A stretch of 62,765 bases of DNA. Origin: a virus. Taxonomy: Duplodnaviria; Caudoviricetes. Below the pieces are notes generated by a model, which had not been told where the DNA came from, did not search any database, and worked only from the letters and a program-made list of their open reading frames with translations. Below are positions 27,175-35,318 of this stretch, in pieces. Made by a program: the position numbers and the translations under genes. Position 1 is the first letter of the stretch; every line of letters begins with the position of its first letter. The stretch lies in the IMG/VR virus record IMGVR_UViG_3300030098_005334, positions 1 through 62,765 of that record. One strand, written 5' to 3'.

Positions 27175-27803
27175 AAAGGGGTAAAAGATCTTGGGCTGAC
27201 TTTAAACGCTTTGTCAGTTCGATACATAATATAACTGAAGATTGGCTGACACCTGTCGAATATTTACCTTACATTTATGCAGTTCTTGGTGATATAGATC
27301 TTGATCCCTGCTCCACTCATAAAGCAAACGCAGAATTTTTGAAGGCCAGAAAAATATATACTTTAGAAGAAGATGGTTTGAATATAGATGATCCATGGAC
27401 AGGTAAAACATATCTTTTCCCTCCTACATATGGGCGTTGTTCTTATAGTCAGGCCAGAGGTACTTGGCGATGGGGAAAAAGAGCTGGAGCAAACTCCATG
27501 GCACCTTCGATTGCATGGTTCAAAAGGCTGGTAAGAGAATGGAAATTAAGAAATATTCCTGAAGCAATATTTTTTACAACTTATCCAGAAATGATGCGTT
27601 TACACCCCGAAATGTGGGATTACCCAGTATGTATACCTGAAAAAAGAGCAAATTTAATGCATGGTAAAAATTTTTATAGGTTCAAAGCTCCTATGCATTG
27701 GGGCTATTTTATTTATTTACCTAAGTTGGAATATGGCTTTACACAGACAGAAAACTTTGTCGATGTTTTTTCTAATATAGGTAACGTAATACTTAATCAA
27801 TAA
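27171..27803 (+). CDS. Phage N6-adenine DNA methyltransferase-like protein with atypical motif IV
   Basis: WLTP, IDLDPCS, YTLEEDGL and W.G.TYLFPPTY in place of NPPY. Confidence 0.72.
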   Translation: MKRGKRSWADFKRFVSSIHNITEDWLTPVEYLPYIYAVLGDIDLDPCSTHKANAEFLKARKIYTLEEDGLNIDDPWTGKTYLFPPTYGRCSYSQARGTWRWGKRAGANSMAPSIAWFKRLVREWKLRNIPEAIFFTTYPEMMRLHPEMWDYPVCIPEKRANLMHGKNFYRFKAPMHWGYFIYLPKLEYGFTQTENFVDVFSNIGNVILNQ

Positions 27804-27951
27804 AGGGTCTAGGAAAGTTTTCTTCACGTAATCCCTCTATATATCTTTCCAAAAAATTCAAACCAGTATCGTTATCTACTGTGTGACGATGCCCACGCAG
27901 ACCTTTATATCTTTCGTCAACAGTATAATCTTGGCTAAGCTTAGGAATCAT
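27793..27951 (-). CDS. Small hypothetical protein, 52 aa
   Basis: Manual translation MIPKLSQDYTVDERYKGLRG...FLERYIEGLR. Confidence 0.5.
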   Translation of the reverse strand: MIPKLSQDYTVDERYKGLRGHRHTVDNDTGLNFLERYIEGLREENFPRPFID

Positions 27952-27975
27952 AGGACTATTCTATTTGATAAAAAC

Positions 27976-28260
27976 ATGACTGAAACTCAGATGGAGATAG
28001 CGAAAGTATGCGAAGATGTCAAAGAACTTCTTCTATATAAGAATTTAAAATATGGTAATTCTGCAATTGATCCAATAAGAATTTTTAGTAAGTGTGATAA
28101 CACCGAACAATTATTAGTCAGAATTGATGACAAACTTAACAGAATAAAGCATGGTGAAAATATCCTTTATGATGATGAAGATGTTATTCAAGATTTAATT
28201 GGCTATTTAATTCTCTTGAAAATATCTTTAAATAAAAGCTCAAAGAACAATGAAGTATGA
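27976..28260 (+). CDS. Nucleotide-modification-associated domain (Nmad1/DUF1599-like) protein
   Basis: LLYKNLKYGNSA...LLVRIDDKLNRI...DVIQDLIGYLILL. Confidence 0.75.
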   Translation: MTETQMEIAKVCEDVKELLLYKNLKYGNSAIDPIRIFSKCDNTEQLLVRIDDKLNRIKHGENILYDDEDVIQDLIGYLILLKISLNKSSKNNEV

Positions 28261-28423
28261 AGAAATCATAGAAGGTTATACACCAGAGTTACAACTCATG
28301 GATGCTCTTGATCTTTTAAAACATTACCATCCCGACGCTGCGGAGATCCTAAACTCTTGGGCGGTTGACTCCAAGACCGATGAAACCATCGAAGAGCTTC
28401 CCCAGAGGGATCCCACTCTTTAA
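28250..28423 (+). CDS. Small acidic protein, 57 aa, antisense to the lysozyme 3' end
   Basis: Manual translation MKYEEIIEGYTPELQLMDALDLLKHY...; overlaps the stop of the upstream gene. Confidence 0.45.
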   Translation: MKYEEIIEGYTPELQLMDALDLLKHYHPDAAEILNSWAVDSKTDETIEELPQRDPTL

Positions 28424-29048
28424 ATTTACGCTCTAGATATTCAATAGCTTTAATCTGCTCTGGCGTTCCTCTGTAAGTTTCTACTAAATTTAAAAGACAA
28501 TATTTTGCTTTACATTTATGTGGGTATAAAGTAGGTATTTCTTTGTCTGGTGATAAATATAAATCAAGTTCGGTACGACGTAAATCTCTTATGCCATCAC
28601 CCCCTGATAACCAATATCTATTTATATATGGACTCCATTCTCTAATAATTTCTGTCTTTGTTGAATAGCTATTAATTAAATCTAATAATCTACAATTCTT
28701 AAAAGCAGGTAAACCAAGACTAAAAGCAAAGCTCAAAAGTGCAGCTCTACGATTTTTATTGGTCTGTACAAGAACATACTCAGATACTTGTTTAGAAAAT
28801 ATTTTTAAATCCTCTATTAGTTGTTCAACTATCTCCTCTTCTGAAGCTTTATCTCTCGCTCCTAAAATTCTACCTTTAAGAGTTTTACTTTCGTAACCTA
28901 TTCTCCATATATTTTCTCCAAAGTTTTTATAAGACGCAAACATCCCCATACCTATAGCGGTATGAGGTGTGCTGTACATGCGTATTAAATTAATACCTTT
29001 TTGAGTTAAAAAAGGATAGTCTTTCCAATCTCTATTATGGGACGACAA
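28296..29048 (-). CDS. GH24 lysozyme-like protein with degenerate active site
   Basis: KGINLI...W.IGY, AALLSFAFSLG and G...LRRTELDLY GH24 scaffold. Confidence 0.75.
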   Translation of the reverse strand: MSSHNRDWKDYPFLTQKGINLIRMYSTPHTAIGMGMFASYKNFGENIWRIGYESKTLKGRILGARDKASEEEIVEQLIEDLKIFSKQVSEYVLVQTNKNRRAALLSFAFSLGLPAFKNCRLLDLINSYSTKTEIIREWSPYINRYWLSGGDGIRDLRRTELDLYLSPDKEIPTLYPHKCKAKYCLLNLVETYRGTPEQIKAIEYLERKFKEWDPSGEALRWFHRSWSQPPKSLGSPQRRDGNVLKDQEHP

Positions 29049-29418
29049 CAGAGCCGTTGTAGCTCACTTCAGAATAACCGTCTGTCCTGAGTAAGACAAC
29101 ATAATCTTTACCAGCGTTAGAGACCGTTACACCTACTGCTCCTTTACCCTTTCCATCTTTAACAATGTTGGAGAATTTAGTATAGCCAGTTGGTGCGTTT
29201 CCTCCTGTAAAATCATCTTCTTGAAAAATTTCGATATTATTTATACCACTAGATTTATCAATAGTGACAACAATATCTCCTGTGTTACCAGGATTAACAC
29301 GAAATCCTCTCAAAGCTTCCCCAGGGTTACCTGCAGATGTAGCCCCTAGATATGTGACTTCAGAACCTGCGTCAACAGTGAATGTATCTAAAGTTCCTGT
29401 AATGGTGCGAGTAGGCAT
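29035..29418 (-). CDS. Hypothetical beta-rich protein, possibly virion
   Basis: 127-aa Gly/Thr/Val-rich ORF. Confidence 0.6.
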   Translation of the reverse strand: MPTRTITGTLDTFTVDAGSEVTYLGATSAGNPGEALRGFRVNPGNTGDIVVTIDKSSGINNIEIFQEDDFTGGNAPTGYTKFSNIVKDGKGKGAVGVTVSNAGKDYVVLLRTDGYSEVSYNGSVVVP

Positions 29419-29423
29419 AATAT

Positions 29424-29639
29424 TTAAGAGAGCTGTTCCGTGGAGGTGAGTTTAAGTTTAATGTCGGCATCAATGCCGTGATCTTTTAAAATGCCAAAAA
29501 ACATTTGGCGATCTAGAGCTTTCTGATGAAGGACTTCAATAAAAGCCTCTTCTAATTCGTCACGCTCTAAACTTTGGATAGCAATTGCAGACGCATGGAT
29601 TGCAAACTCGGCATCCATTGATAATTCGATTGCATCCAT
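29424..29639 (-). CDS. Hypothetical small helical protein
   Basis: 71-aa ORF. Confidence 0.6.
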   Translation of the reverse strand: MDAIELSMDAEFAIHASAIAIQSLERDELEEAFIEVLHQKALDRQMFFGILKDHGIDADIKLKLTSTEQLS

Positions 29640-29685
29640 ATATAATTAAAAACTTATTTGTATCTTAACAGCGGTAAATTAAAAT

Positions 29686-29835
29686 TCAATCGATTATCGT
29701 CTTCTCGTACACCCTGCATTTCAAGCATTTATAGGTTGTCTCATCATGTAGATGAGCGTTTTTTTTCAATAAAATCGAACTGACACCAAAAGAACTGCCG
29801 AAGAAAACAACAAAAGTAATTACGACTCCTTCCAT
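29686..29835 (-). CDS. Small membrane protein, 49 aa
   Basis: Manual translation MEGVVITFVVFFGSSFGVSSILLKK...CLKC. Confidence 0.4.
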   Translation of the reverse strand: MEGVVITFVVFFGSSFGVSSILLKKNAHLHDETTYKCLKCRVYEKTIID

Positions 29836-29853
29836 ATTCTTATCCTAATGGCT

Positions 29854-30141
29854 CTACCACTTGACTTTATGTGACCAATATCGTGCTGACATCTTACTTG
29901 GATTCTTATCTTGTGCATTATGCCTTGCGTAGTAAGACTTTTTACGTGCTTTTTCTTTAGCAGTTTTTGGATTCTTACCAGCACCTTTAACACCTTGTTG
30001 TCCAAATCTTATTATTTTTTCTTTGCCTTTATCACAGGCTTTTACAACATGTGATTTAGTTTTATGATCGGGTGTTCTTTTTGGCTTATTGCATTTTAAA
30101 TGCTTTGTAGCCAACCGTTTTGCTTTAGCTCTATCAGCCAT
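29854..30141 (-). CDS. Basic phage protein of a widespread family
   Basis: KSHVVKA...KIIRFGQQG...RKKSYYARH...SARYWS..VKW. Confidence 0.75.
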   Translation of the reverse strand: MADRAKAKRLATKHLKCNKPKRTPDHKTKSHVVKACDKGKEKIIRFGQQGVKGAGKNPKTAKEKARKKSYYARHNAQDKNPSKMSARYWSHKVKW

Positions 30142-30143
30142 AG

Positions 30144-30332
30144 CTACACCTTAATTACGCCATCTCTAAGCTTTTGTTTAATATTATTACTGACTTTTCC
30201 TTTCATAGTTTTATCTCCCGGAGCATTGACATTCGCTCTTATTTGATCTCCCATGTATAGCTCAGGATTAGAAGCTAAATAAGATGCTAGAAAATTTTTT
30301 TCAGGTTGAGAGCCATCCGACGGTGAATTCAT
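30144..30332 (-). CDS. Hypothetical protein
   Basis: 62-aa ORF. Confidence 0.5.
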   Translation of the reverse strand: MNSPSDGSQPEKNFLASYLASNPELYMGDQIRANVNAPGDKTMKGKVSNNIKQKLRDGVIKV

Positions 30333-30711
30333 TTGCTACAACTGGTTTTGAGCTATCTATGGATGTAATTTTAAAAGATGTTGATTTAACATCCATCCAA
30401 GTTTTTATTTTACCAAGTCTTTTCTCGCAGTAGTTGTCATTATCAATTTGATACCAATCTTCAAGTTGATCAGATCCTTTTTCTCTATTACATGATGAAC
30501 AGCAGCAACACATATTTGATTTAACATTATGACCACCCTTTGATTTAGGTACAATGTGGTCAATGGTTGCTGTATTACATGTCAACTCCTTTCCGCAATA
30601 GGCACAAGCCCAATCCCACTCTTCAAATATTTGTATTCTAAATTGTTTTCGAGCATTACTTGGTGATAGAACAATTAAGTTAGTTAAAAGATCTTGCTCG
30701 CAATAAAACAC
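30301..30711 (-). CDS. HNH endonuclease (McrA type)
   Basis: CAYCG...TIDHIVPKSKGG...N...C..CNREKG, intact HNH motif. Confidence 0.9.
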   Translation of the reverse strand: MFYCEQDLLTNLIVLSPSNARKQFRIQIFEEWDWACAYCGKELTCNTATIDHIVPKSKGGHNVKSNMCCCCSSCNREKGSDQLEDWYQIDNDNYCEKRLGKIKTWMDVKSTSFKITSIDSSKPVVANEFTVGWLST

Positions 30712-30751
30712 TTTAATTTATCGCATTAAAAAAACTTTATGCTGCATAAAC

Positions 30752-30985
30752 TTACGTTTCGTATGAATCAATTATTTCTAAAGATTCTGTTTCATTAGTA
30801 TCAGGCTCAGAATCCTCTAATAACCGTAATAAATAATAGTGAATCTTTTCAGTTACCCATTTCATATCATCTTCTTTTATATCATAAATGACCGACTGAA
30901 GAGATAACTGAGTTGAAGAAAAACGTATGTGCTCTGCTAATAACTGTAAAGCTTTACGTCTATCTTTTGTCAACTCAGTAAACAT
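30752..30985 (-). CDS. Hypothetical protein
   Basis: 77-aa ORF. Confidence 0.6.
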   Translation of the reverse strand: MFTELTKDRRKALQLLAEHIRFSSTQLSLQSVIYDIKEDDMKWVTEKIHYYLLRLLEDSEPDTNETESLEIIDSYET

Positions 30986-30989
30986 TGTT

Positions 30990-31208
30990 CTAAGAATTCA
31001 TTACGGTTGTTGCCACAGGATCATCAGTGTTTTTTTCTGCTTCTTGTTTTTGTATAGCGGCAAACTCAAGAGCACCTAAAACTTTTAAATACTGTTCTTT
31101 AAGAGTAGCAATCTGTCTCTCAGATTCTCTAATATTATTTTCTAAATTACTTTTTTGATCTTGTAATTGCTCCTCTAACGATTTAGGAGTCTCTTGATGA
31201 TCAGTCAT
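30990..31208 (-). CDS. Coiled-coil protein
   Basis: Heptad pattern and YLKVLGALE motif. Confidence 0.65.
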   Translation of the reverse strand: MTDHQETPKSLEEQLQDQKSNLENNIRESERQIATLKEQYLKVLGALEFAAIQKQEAEKNTDDPVATTVMNS

Positions 31209-31247
31209 TGAACATTATTAGTTATTACTAAGAGTATAACGAATAAA

Positions 31248-31793
31248 TCAACAACCTTCAATAGCTTTTGCGATGTCGCCACCAATATCAGCTCCTTTCT
31301 TCTGCCCAAACATTGTTACCCATCCTCCAGCAAGCCAACCGATTATAGGTATGTTAGATAAAGCAGGTGCAGCCTGTGCTCCTACAGAGGCACCTACTAG
31401 CCCTCCTGTAGATTCACCAGAGCCTTCTGCCTTGATACAAGCTATTTCCTTTGCTGTAAGTCCTACCGCATCGTCTCCTCCATCTAAATGTACTTTCCCG
31501 TTCATCGTATATTCTTCATAAAGTTTTATAGTCTGTTTTTGTTTACTAAATACACCAGTAGGTTTAACAATATCTTTTGTCTTTATCATTACTTTGGGAT
31601 CATTGGCATTATATCTAATTCGATATCCATCTTTTGTTGCCTCCATTTCGTATGAGGTGTAACTACCTACAGGTAAATCAACTGTAGGTAGATTTCCTTT
31701 GCCTATTAAGGCACCCATTAAGCCTATATTTGAGACTCCTAAGATGGCGCCTAATCCAAGAGCTGTCCAGTTCATGTTGCTCTGTCTGTACAT
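31248..31793 (-). CDS. Cyanophage membrane protein with glycine zipper
   Basis: RIRYNANDPK; ACIKAEGSGE.TGGLVGASVG. Confidence 0.7.
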   Translation of the reverse strand: MYRQSNMNWTALGLGAILGVSNIGLMGALIGKGNLPTVDLPVGSYTSYEMEATKDGYRIRYNANDPKVMIKTKDIVKPTGVFSKQKQTIKLYEEYTMNGKVHLDGGDDAVGLTAKEIACIKAEGSGESTGGLVGASVGAQAAPALSNIPIIGWLAGGWVTMFGQKKGADIGGDIAKAIEGC

Positions 31794-31800
31794 CTAGAAA

Positions 31801-32304
31801 CTAGGAATTAAGAGAGGTCTTGTTATCCACTGTAGTAATTTTAATAGGCGCTTGCTCAATTCGCAAGGTTTGAGTTGGACCTACTTGAGACATCTTTTCA
31901 ATAAGACGTTCAAAGTCAGCTTTACTTATATCGCCTAAACCACCCTTTTTCTGGTTGTCCATCTTCATCGTGCCATCTCCTTTTTTAGATGCAGTCTGGA
32001 GTCCAAAACTTGCCAACGCCCCAGTAAAAACAGATGCTACAAAAGTTATGTCCTTGGGAGACTGCTGTCCCATTCCTGGAATTTCAATGTAATTTAAAGA
32101 AATGATAAACCCGGACCAAACGACAACTCCAAGCCGCACAAATGTAGACAAGATAGCTAATTGCTCCTCTTTATCGTCAATACCCTCCTTCAATTTGGTG
32201 AAAACACTTTTCTTTTTTGAGTCTTTTTCAGGGGGTGTCGCTGACGACTTCTTCACATCTTCAGTCATCGTATAGTAAGTGATAATAACTAAGTTTACCC
32301 CCAT
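31801..32304 (-). CDS. Two-TM cyanophage membrane protein
   Basis: STFVRLGVVVWSG...TFVASVFTGALASFG. Confidence 0.7.
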   Translation of the reverse strand: MGVNLVIITYYTMTEDVKKSSATPPEKDSKKKSVFTKLKEGIDDKEEQLAILSTFVRLGVVVWSGFIISLNYIEIPGMGQQSPKDITFVASVFTGALASFGLQTASKKGDGTMKMDNQKKGGLGDISKADFERLIEKMSQVGPTQTLRIEQAPIKITTVDNKTSLNS

Positions 32305-32315
32305 GTAAGCTTAAG

Positions 32316-32843
32316 ATGATGTCTTTCAATCCTATGAAAAAATTATTACCATTATTGCTGTTATTTAGTGCTCCAATAGCTCGTGCAGATTTGACGCATC
32401 GTCTTAGTACGTCAACTCAATTACAAGTAAATGGTGCAGCAACAGTTTCAGAAAGAATTGGTAGCACGTATACAGTCTCTGGAACAAACATCAAAGTAGG
32501 TACAGGAAACAGTGATGTTTTTGGAGGTTTAACTGCAGGATCTGCTACAGCTTCAGCAACAATGAAAGCTGGTACATATGAGATAAGCACTCCGGGATCG
32601 GCTTTCTCATTCTCAGAAAGCTGGCTTCAAGGGGACGGAATCCCAGCCATAGGAAGCGGTGTGGACGTCACCAGTGGGGTTGTGGCGGATATGCCGGCAT
32701 TTGGAGAAACCACGACCCAATCCGGAGGTGTCGCAGGTACTTTGGCGGGAACGATTACCTCTGCAGGTATAATGACCCTGACCGCTGGTGGCGCTGGTAC
32801 TACGGCTACTGGTCAATTTGTCTCAGAAATAGTAGTTGACTAA
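32316..32843 (+). CDS. Secreted beta-rich protein
   Basis: Signal peptide MKKLLPLLLLFSAPIARA; C-terminal TATGQFVSEI. Confidence 0.75.
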   Translation: MMSFNPMKKLLPLLLLFSAPIARADLTHRLSTSTQLQVNGAATVSERIGSTYTVSGTNIKVGTGNSDVFGGLTAGSATASATMKAGTYEISTPGSAFSFSESWLQGDGIPAIGSGVDVTSGVVADMPAFGETTTQSGGVAGTLAGTITSAGIMTLTAGGAGTTATGQFVSEIVVD

Positions 32844-32845
32844 TT

Positions 32846-33271
32846 ATGAAACGGCTTATTTGGCTGTTTTTATTAATACCTACGGGAGCTAATGCAGTTC
32901 CCGTCGTCCCAAATTTCCAAAGCGGATCTATGACGTCTCATACTGAGACAACTACAAAAGTTACGGAGGTCATAAATTCTGTAGACTATCAAACTGGATG
33001 GGAATATACAGTTACAGGAACGAATATTAAAGCTGATGGTGCTACGCTATTACCGCCATCTACTTCAATAAGTAATACAGTAGATGGTGTGACGTCAACT
33101 TGGAGTTCGTTAGACGCAAATAATGTGCCTGAGTTCTCTATAAAGAATCCTGACCAATCATGGCAATTCACAACCACACTATCTCAACCTGGGCTCGTCA
33201 ATCAAACCATAATAAATCGCACCACAGAAATGACAAGTGTCACAGATACGGTTTCAACTTTCAGTCAATAA
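32846..33271 (+). CDS. Secreted protein
   Basis: Signal peptide followed by VPVVPNFQSGSMTS...TDTVSTFSQ. Confidence 0.75.
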   Translation: MKRLIWLFLLIPTGANAVPVVPNFQSGSMTSHTETTTKVTEVINSVDYQTGWEYTVTGTNIKADGATLLPPSTSISNTVDGVTSTWSSLDANNVPEFSIKNPDQSWQFTTTLSQPGLVNQTIINRTTEMTSVTDTVSTFSQ

Positions 33272-34122
33272 AGTATTTATTAATAGTATTAATTGGAGCT
33301 AATAATCTTTTTAATGTCTCAAAAGCAGAGACAGTAGGAGGTGTATCGGCCACTGCTAACCCGGTAGCCAACTCATCTGGCAGTGTAACAAATCAAGCTA
33401 TTCAGGTTCTTCAGGGTCCATACATAACCAATACTTATGGTGGAGGCGTATCTTGTCAAGGACCTACCCTTAATTTTACTCCCTTCTTGACCGGACTGCA
33501 TTCTTTTAAAACACCCTATGAGGCTTACTATAATGACCCCGTATATGACACATCTACCGACGCTGATGGTAACTTAGCAAACCCTGGACAGGTTCTTTAC
33601 TATATGCCTACAAGAACAGGTCAAAAACAAAACAGCAATGTATCTTTAGGGCTATCTGCTACTCTTTCTGTCCCACTTGATAGACGTTTACAAAAAGGAT
33701 GTATAAAAGCAGCAACAACACAAACAAAATTAAATGAACAACTATTGGCTAATAAACGTTTAGATTTTGAAATGGCGAGACTCAAGCATTGCGGAGAGCA
33801 GACGAAATTAGGTGTAACCTTTCACCCCGAGTCACCTTATGCTTCAATCTGTGCCGATATTATTGTCCAAAATGTAACTGTCGTTAAACAGCATAAACAT
33901 ACTATTTCTTCTTCTTCTTTGGCTCCTTCAAAGCAGGAAGCCCCTTCTTCTCTCGATACTGATTTGCAACAATCTCAGCCTGAGTCAACTTCCTCGGTTT
34001 CTTCCCAAGAAGTTTCTGAAGCTTCTTCATTAAAGTCTTTATCGTCGGCTTTATCACCTTCAGAAGAATCTCCGCTAGGGGTTTGGCAAGTAGGGCGGAT
34101 GAAGTTGCAACAACCGCAATAG
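33160..34122 (+). CDS. Secreted or outer-membrane-like protein (start uncertain)
   Basis: SATANPVANSSGSVTNQAIQV; GLSATLSVPLD; RLDFEMARLKHC. Confidence 0.7.
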   Translation: MAIHNHTISTWARQSNHNKSHHRNDKCHRYGFNFQSIKYLLIVLIGANNLFNVSKAETVGGVSATANPVANSSGSVTNQAIQVLQGPYITNTYGGGVSCQGPTLNFTPFLTGLHSFKTPYEAYYNDPVYDTSTDADGNLANPGQVLYYMPTRTGQKQNSNVSLGLSATLSVPLDRRLQKGCIKAATTQTKLNEQLLANKRLDFEMARLKHCGEQTKLGVTFHPESPYASICADIIVQNVTVVKQHKHTISSSSLAPSKQEAPSSLDTDLQQSQPESTSSVSSQEVSEASSLKSLSSALSPSEESPLGVWQVGRMKLQQPQ

Positions 34123-34717
34123 AAGCTGTGGTAGTGACTGCACCAGCACTTGGTAACGCAGCCACAACTTGATTAATAATAGGTACGTCCTCATAAAGAG
34201 TTATACATCTATTGTTTTTTATCTCATATCCACTAATTTCTTTTTTACCTCCTTCAACTTTTGTACCGACTATAGGAGCCTCTCTTGGAGGACAAATAAT
34301 ATTAGATGTATTGGTAGGAATTTCTGTCGCAGGTAATGCACTTGCCTCTACATTTTCATCCTTATCTTTTTCTTTTTTTGCAGTTTCAGTACTAGGAATA
34401 ATTGGGACTTCTGCTGGTTTAGTTTCTAATATCTGCTCAGGCTCAAAATCGATTGGATTAAAGCTAGGCATAGAGCCATCGCATAAAACGACGTTTCCAC
34501 GCTCATCATCCTCTACAAGATTTGTTGATTTTTTATTAGCTTTATTAAACTCGACACAACCAGGAAGATCAATAATCGGTGCTCCAATATTTAAAGATAC
34601 TGGAGAAGCTTCTGGAGTGGGATAAGTAGACGGAAACGAAAAATCAGGAATTCTATAAACGTTAGCTACTTGTATATCTAAATCGTTCCTGATTCCTATA
34701 TCAGGAATTTGTTCCAT
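33902..34717 (-). CDS. Cyanophage membrane-anchored protein
   Basis: PIIDLPGCV; LCDGSMPSFNPIDF; TM segment followed by a basic tail. Confidence 0.7.
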   Translation of the reverse strand: MEQIPDIGIRNDLDIQVANVYRIPDFSFPSTYPTPEASPVSLNIGAPIIDLPGCVEFNKANKKSTNLVEDDERGNVVLCDGSMPSFNPIDFEPEQILETKPAEVPIIPSTETAKKEKDKDENVEASALPATEIPTNTSNIICPPREAPIVGTKVEGGKKEISGYEIKNNRCITLYEDVPIINQVVAALPSAGAVTTTASIAVVATSSALLAKPLAEILLKVIKPTIKTLMKKLQKLLGKKPRKLTQAEIVANQYREKKGLPALKEPKKKKK

Positions 34718-34938
34718 CAGAGAGGAGGTATAGCTAATCCAGTTTTAGATGGTAAAGAAGGTGTAGGCAAATCTTTTGTTATAGAACTACCAATAGATTT
34801 TGTAAGTTCCTTTTGAATCTTTTCTTTAGCTCCTTCTATGAGTGCATCCTTATTCGCATATACGTATACACCAGCACCAGCAATGGAACCAGATATAACG
34901 AAAGACGCAATAGAAAGTACATTGATTATCTTTTGCAT
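34717..34938 (-). CDS. Small membrane protein
   Basis: MQKIINVLSIASF...AGVYVY. Confidence 0.7.
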   Translation of the reverse strand: MQKIINVLSIASFVISGSIAGAGVYVYANKDALIEGAKEKIQKELTKSIGSSITKDLPTPSLPSKTGLAIPPL

Positions 34939-35016
34939 TTTGAGACCATTAGATTCTGTCTAATTGTATGAGTCCTTAACTTTTCTTTTGTCTAGACCTA
35001 TTTACTTCAGCAAATA

Positions 35017-35286
35017 TTAAACAATAGTAAGCATTAAATTTTTCCCTAAAACAATTGAAGAATCAATAGAAGTAAAATTTTCTGTTGTCCAAATAGAAGT
35101 AGTTCCATCAAGTTTTTTATACTCTTTTATAGTTTCTAAGTGATCAACTTTATTTTTTATTCGTTCTTTCCATTCTTCTTCAGTTTCATCTATCCACTTT
35201 GTTGAATCTGTCTTTAGTAAAACAGCCTTCGCACCAGCATCATTAAAGATTTGAGCAATCTCTTCAACTGTTCTTTCTTCTGCCAT
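35017..35286 (-). CDS. Tail-fibre-associated small protein
   Basis: DHLETIKEYKKLDGTTSIWTTENFT. Confidence 0.6.
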   Translation of the reverse strand: MAEERTVEEIAQIFNDAGAKAVLLKTDSTKWIDETEEEWKERIKNKVDHLETIKEYKKLDGTTSIWTTENFTSIDSSIVLGKNLMLTIV

Positions 35287-35318
35287 TTATATTTTATATA
35301 ATTTAGTTTTATTCTAAT

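Noticed and set aside
27883-27975. N-terminal extension of the Nmad1-like ORF
   Set aside because: Overlaps a plausible minus-strand gene; ATG 27976 fits the domain start better
32613-32816. Antisense ORF over a GC-rich patch
   Set aside because: Gly/Ala/Thr-rich sense codons explain the open antisense frame; no independent support
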